The translations under genes were made by a program, and so were the position numbers. From the NCBI GenBank assembly GCA_963666565.1, contig OY762911.1, positions 4,224,001 to 4,288,000 on the forward strand: 64,000 nt of DNA, given 5' to 3'. The DNA comes from Thermoanaerobaculia bacterium (GTDB taxonomy: Bacteria > Acidobacteriota > Thermoanaerobaculia > Multivoradales > Multivoraceae). Positions 61,002 through 64,000 of the stretch are shown here, one piece after another; positions within the stretch are counted from its first letter, which is position 1; every line of letters begins with the position of its first letter. A model generated the notes under the pieces. The model did not search any database. It was not told the origin of the DNA and was given only the letters and a program-made list of their open reading frames with translations.

Positions 61002-62359
61002 CGATACGAAGCGCAGCCTCCTCGATTCGCTCCCGTCTTCCCGCGGCCGCGCTCGCCGCGGCGCTGGCGGCCCCCGTCGCCGCCTCCGACAACTGGCCGT
61101 CGTTCCGCGGCAACGGCGCGGACGGCGCCGGCGCCGGAACGCCGCCGGCCACATGGAACGTGGAGACCGGCGAGAACGTCCTGTTCCGCGTGGCCGTACC
61201 CGGCCTGGGCCACTCGAGCCCGGTGATCTGGGGAGACCGCCTGTTCCTGACCTCGTCCGTGCCCGAAGGCGAGGAGGCCTCGCTCAAGGTCGGCCTCTAC
61301 GGCGACATCGCGCCGGTCGTGGGCGAACCGCCGCAGCGCTACGAGGTGCTCGCCTACGACAAGCGGACCGGCCAGCCGCTCTGGCGGCGCACTGCGTTCG
61401 AGGGCACGCCGGCAGTCAGGCGGCACACGAAGGCCTCCCACACGAACTCCACGCCGGCGACGGACGGCGAAGTCCTCGTCGCCTTCTTCGGTTCCGAAGG
61501 GCTCCACGCCTACGACCTGGAGGGCAACCCGCTCTGGAACCGTCAGTTTGGGGTGCTCGACTCCGGCTTCTTCATGGTGAAGACAGCGCAATGGGGGTTC
61601 GCGAGTTCGCCCCTGGTCCACGACGGCCGCGTGATCGTCCAGGTCGACGTCCAGGGCGACTCGTTCCTCGCGGCGCTCGACGCGAAGACCGGCGAGGACG
61701 TCTGGCGGACCGGGCGCGACGAGATCCCGACCTGGAGTACGCCCGCCGTGTTCGCGCGCGGCGACGGCGGCCGACAGATCGTCGTCAACGGCTACCGGCA
61801 CATCGGCGGCTACGACTTCGACACCGGCGAGGAAATCTGGCGGCTCGAAGGCGGCGGCGACATCCCGGTGCCGACGCCGATCCGCGCCGGCGACGACGGA
61901 CCGATTCTCATCACCAGCGCTCACGGGCCGATGCGTCCGGTCTACGCGATCGACCCGGAGGCCGCGGGCGGGATCGATCCCGAGCACGAAGCGATGCTCT
62001 GGTTCCACGAGCGGCTGGGGAACTACATGCAGACGCCGATCGTCGTCGGCGGCCTCGCCTACTTCGGCTTCGACAACGGCGTCGTCACCGTGTTCGACTG
62101 GAAGACCGGCGAGCGGGTCGCGCAGCGGCGCCTGGGCCGCGGCGCCTCCGGCTTCACCGCTTCGCCGGTCGCCGCCGGCGGGCACGTCTACTTCAGCAGC
62201 GAGGACGGCGACGTGTACGTCATCGAGGCCGGCCAGGAGTTGAAGGAGGTCGCGGTCAACGAACTCGGCGAGACGTTCATGTCGACGCCGGCGATCTCGG
62301 ACGGCGTCATCTACTTCCGGGCGCGACGGCACCTGATCGCGGTGGGCGCCGCATCCTGA
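60998..62359 (+). CDS. PQQ-binding-like beta-propeller protein (BamB-like), secreted
   Basis: Signal peptide; NWPSFRG, PGLGHSSPVIWGDR, STPATDG, ASSP, STPAISDG. Confidence 0.9.
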   Translation: MTIRSAASSIRSRLPAAALAAALAAPVAASDNWPSFRGNGADGAGAGTPPATWNVETGENVLFRVAVPGLGHSSPVIWGDRLFLTSSVPEGEEASLKVGLYGDIAPVVGEPPQRYEVLAYDKRTGQPLWRRTAFEGTPAVRRHTKASHTNSTPATDGEVLVAFFGSEGLHAYDLEGNPLWNRQFGVLDSGFFMVKTAQWGFASSPLVHDGRVIVQVDVQGDSFLAALDAKTGEDVWRTGRDEIPTWSTPAVFARGDGGRQIVVNGYRHIGGYDFDTGEEIWRLEGGGDIPVPTPIRAGDDGPILITSAHGPMRPVYAIDPEAAGGIDPEHEAMLWFHERLGNYMQTPIVVGGLAYFGFDNGVVTVFDWKTGERVAQRRLGRGASGFTASPVAAGGHVYFSSEDGDVYVIEAGQELKEVAVNELGETFMSTPAISDGVIYFRARRHLIAVGAAS

Positions 62360-62412
62360 CTTGCGCCGCAGCGGAAGCACCGACGCGGCGGGACGCACAA
62401 AGGACACCGACC

Positions 62413-63792
62413 ATGACTCACGCGCATCCCACCAGAACCGCCGGCCTTTCCCAGGCCCTTCAGTGCCTGATCCTGGCGGCTGCGCTGGTCGCCGCGACAC
62501 CGTCGGACACCGCGGCCTCCGACAACTGGCCGTCCTTCCGCGGCAACGGCGCGGACGGCGCCGGCGGCGGCTCGCCGCCGGCGACCTGGAACGTGGAGAC
62601 CGGCGAGAACATCCTCTTCCGGGTCGCCGTGCCGGGCCTCGGCCATTCGAGTCCCGTGATCTGGGGCGACCGCCTCTTCCTGACCACGGCGGTGCCCGAG
62701 GGCGGCGAGGCGTCGCTCAAGGTCGGGCTCTACGGCGACGGCACGCCGGTCGAGGGCGAGCCGCCGCAACGGTTCCAGGTGCTGGCCTTCGACAAGCGGA
62801 CCGGCGAGCCGCTCTGGCAGCGCACCGCCTTCCGGGGCACGCCCGCGATCAAGCGGCACATGAAGGCATCGCACACGAACTCGACGCCGGCGACCGACGG
62901 CAGCGTGCTCGTCGCCTTCTTCGGCTCCGAGGGCCTGCACGCCTACGACCTGGACGGGAACCCGCTGTGGAACCGGCAGTTCGGCGTGCTCGACTCGGGG
63001 CCGTACGACTTCCCCACCTACGAGTGGGGGTTCGCCAGCTCCCCCGTCGTCCACGACGGCCGGGTGATCGTCCAGGCCGACATCCTGAGCGACTCGTTCG
63101 TCGCGGTGCTGGACGCCGCAACCGGCGAGGACGTCTGGCGCAAGTCCCGCGAAGAGGTCGCCACCTGGAGCACCCCCGCCGTCTTCCCGCGCGCCGGCGG
63201 CGGCAAGCAGGTCGTGCTCAACGGCTACCGGCACATCGGCGGCTACGACTTCGACACCGGCCGGGAACTCTGGCGGCTCGAAGGCGGCGGCGACATCCCG
63301 GTGCCGACGCCGATTCGCGCCGGCGACGACGGGCCGATCCTCATCACGAACGCCCACGGCCGGCTGAAGCCGATCTACGCGATCGATCCGGACGCCGAGG
63401 GCAAGCTCGATCCCGGGCACGACGCGATGGTCTGGTTCCACGAGCGCCTCGGGAACTACATGCAGACGCCCATCGTCGTCGGCGAGCTCGCCTACTTCTG
63501 CTACGACAATGGCGTGGTGACGGTGGTCGACTGGCGTTCAGGCGAACGCCTGGCCCAGAAGCGACTCGGCCGCGGCGCCTCCGGCTTCAGCGCCTCGGCA
63601 GTCGCGGCCGACGGCCGCATCTACTTCAACAGCGAAGTCGGCGACGTGTACGTCATCGAGCCGGGGCCCGAACTGAACGAGATCGCGATCAACGAACTCG
63701 GCGAGACGCTGATGGCGACCCCGGCGATCTCGGACGGCGTCATCTACTTCCGGACGCGCCGCCACCTGGTCGCGGTCGGCGCGGGTTCGTAG
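62413..63792 (+). CDS. PQQ-binding-like beta-propeller protein (tandem paralog)
   Basis: Collinear with the previous gene along its whole mature length; SD AAGGA. Confidence 0.9.
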   Translation: MTHAHPTRTAGLSQALQCLILAAALVAATPSDTAASDNWPSFRGNGADGAGGGSPPATWNVETGENILFRVAVPGLGHSSPVIWGDRLFLTTAVPEGGEASLKVGLYGDGTPVEGEPPQRFQVLAFDKRTGEPLWQRTAFRGTPAIKRHMKASHTNSTPATDGSVLVAFFGSEGLHAYDLDGNPLWNRQFGVLDSGPYDFPTYEWGFASSPVVHDGRVIVQADILSDSFVAVLDAATGEDVWRKSREEVATWSTPAVFPRAGGGKQVVLNGYRHIGGYDFDTGRELWRLEGGGDIPVPTPIRAGDDGPILITNAHGRLKPIYAIDPDAEGKLDPGHDAMVWFHERLGNYMQTPIVVGELAYFCYDNGVVTVVDWRSGERLAQKRLGRGASGFSASAVAADGRIYFNSEVGDVYVIEPGPELNEIAINELGETLMATPAISDGVIYFRTRRHLVAVGAGS

Positions 63793-63811
63793 GGAACAGG
63801 GCCTCTCGAGC

Positions 63812-63885
63812 GGCGACGGCCTTGCAGCCGGCGCGTACCCTTGGCCGCCTTTGGCGGCAGCGGGTCAGACGACCCGCGTACCCGG
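63812..63885 (-). repeat. REP element with accessory hairpins
   Basis: Reverse complement GGGTACGCGGGTCGTCTGACCCGCTGCCGCCAAAGGCGGCC...TACGCGCCGGCTGCAAGGCCG. Confidence 0.8.
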
Positions 63886-63909
63886 TTGGCGGCCCCTTCC
63901 GTAGCTCGG

Positions 63910-64000
63910 TCAGGCCTTGCGCTGCAGCACGCCGCTGAAGCTCTCCCGGTACTGGTGGGCGACGTAGAGCCCGAGCACCAGGGCCACTACGCCAATGGCC
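63910..64000 (-). CDS. 3' end of a membrane protein (possibly DoxX-like), partial
   Basis: AIGVVALVLGLYVAHQYRESFSGVLQRKA-stop, running off the window edge. Confidence 0.45.
   Translation of the reverse strand, partial: AIGVVALVLGLYVAHQYRESFSGVLQRKA

Noticed and set aside
29185-63792. Other in-frame TGA read-through candidates
   Set aside because: Apart from 35242, the TGA stops I examined end complete-looking proteins, with no redox motif or SECIS-like hairpin noticed.
1-64000. tRNA, rRNA, integrase or transposase genes
   Set aside because: None recognisable by eye.

Overview
High-GC bacterial DNA. An Acidobacteriota-like, possibly sponge-associated source is inferred from the protein families and not proven. 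Bases 1-29050 are the 3' part of one giant surface-protein gene that is open at the window's left edge (>9,600 aa): FN3 domains and two-cysteine modules, about 62 tandem 111-aa Calx-beta-like repeats, four Ig-like domains, a Gly-rich linker and an autotransporter-type beta-barrel. Two single-base deletions split it into three ORFs. The remaining 35 kb is a compact metabolic and accessory region: SMUG1-type uracil-DNA glycosylase, two acyl-CoA ligases, two sodium:solute symporters, a sialidase-like protein, a GMC oxidoreductase pair, MalY/PatB, an F420-type LLM enzyme, an HDAC, an HPF-like protein, two PQQ-type propellers, two Phd-VapC modules and an AbiE module whose toxin has an internal deletion. 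Four signals are not visible in the ORF track. (1) A UGSC-family selenoprotein with an in-frame TGA followed by a SECIS-like hairpin. (2) A translation-initiation pattern: TANNNT boxes 6-8 nt before start codons (leaderless), CTGA overlaps implying CUG starts, and short 'relay' ORFs overlapping the upstream stop and downstream start by NTGA. (3) A dispersed REP-like element with up to three hairpins (12 full copies), one inverted pair of which brackets malY. (4) A MITE-like element with 25-bp inverted repeats.
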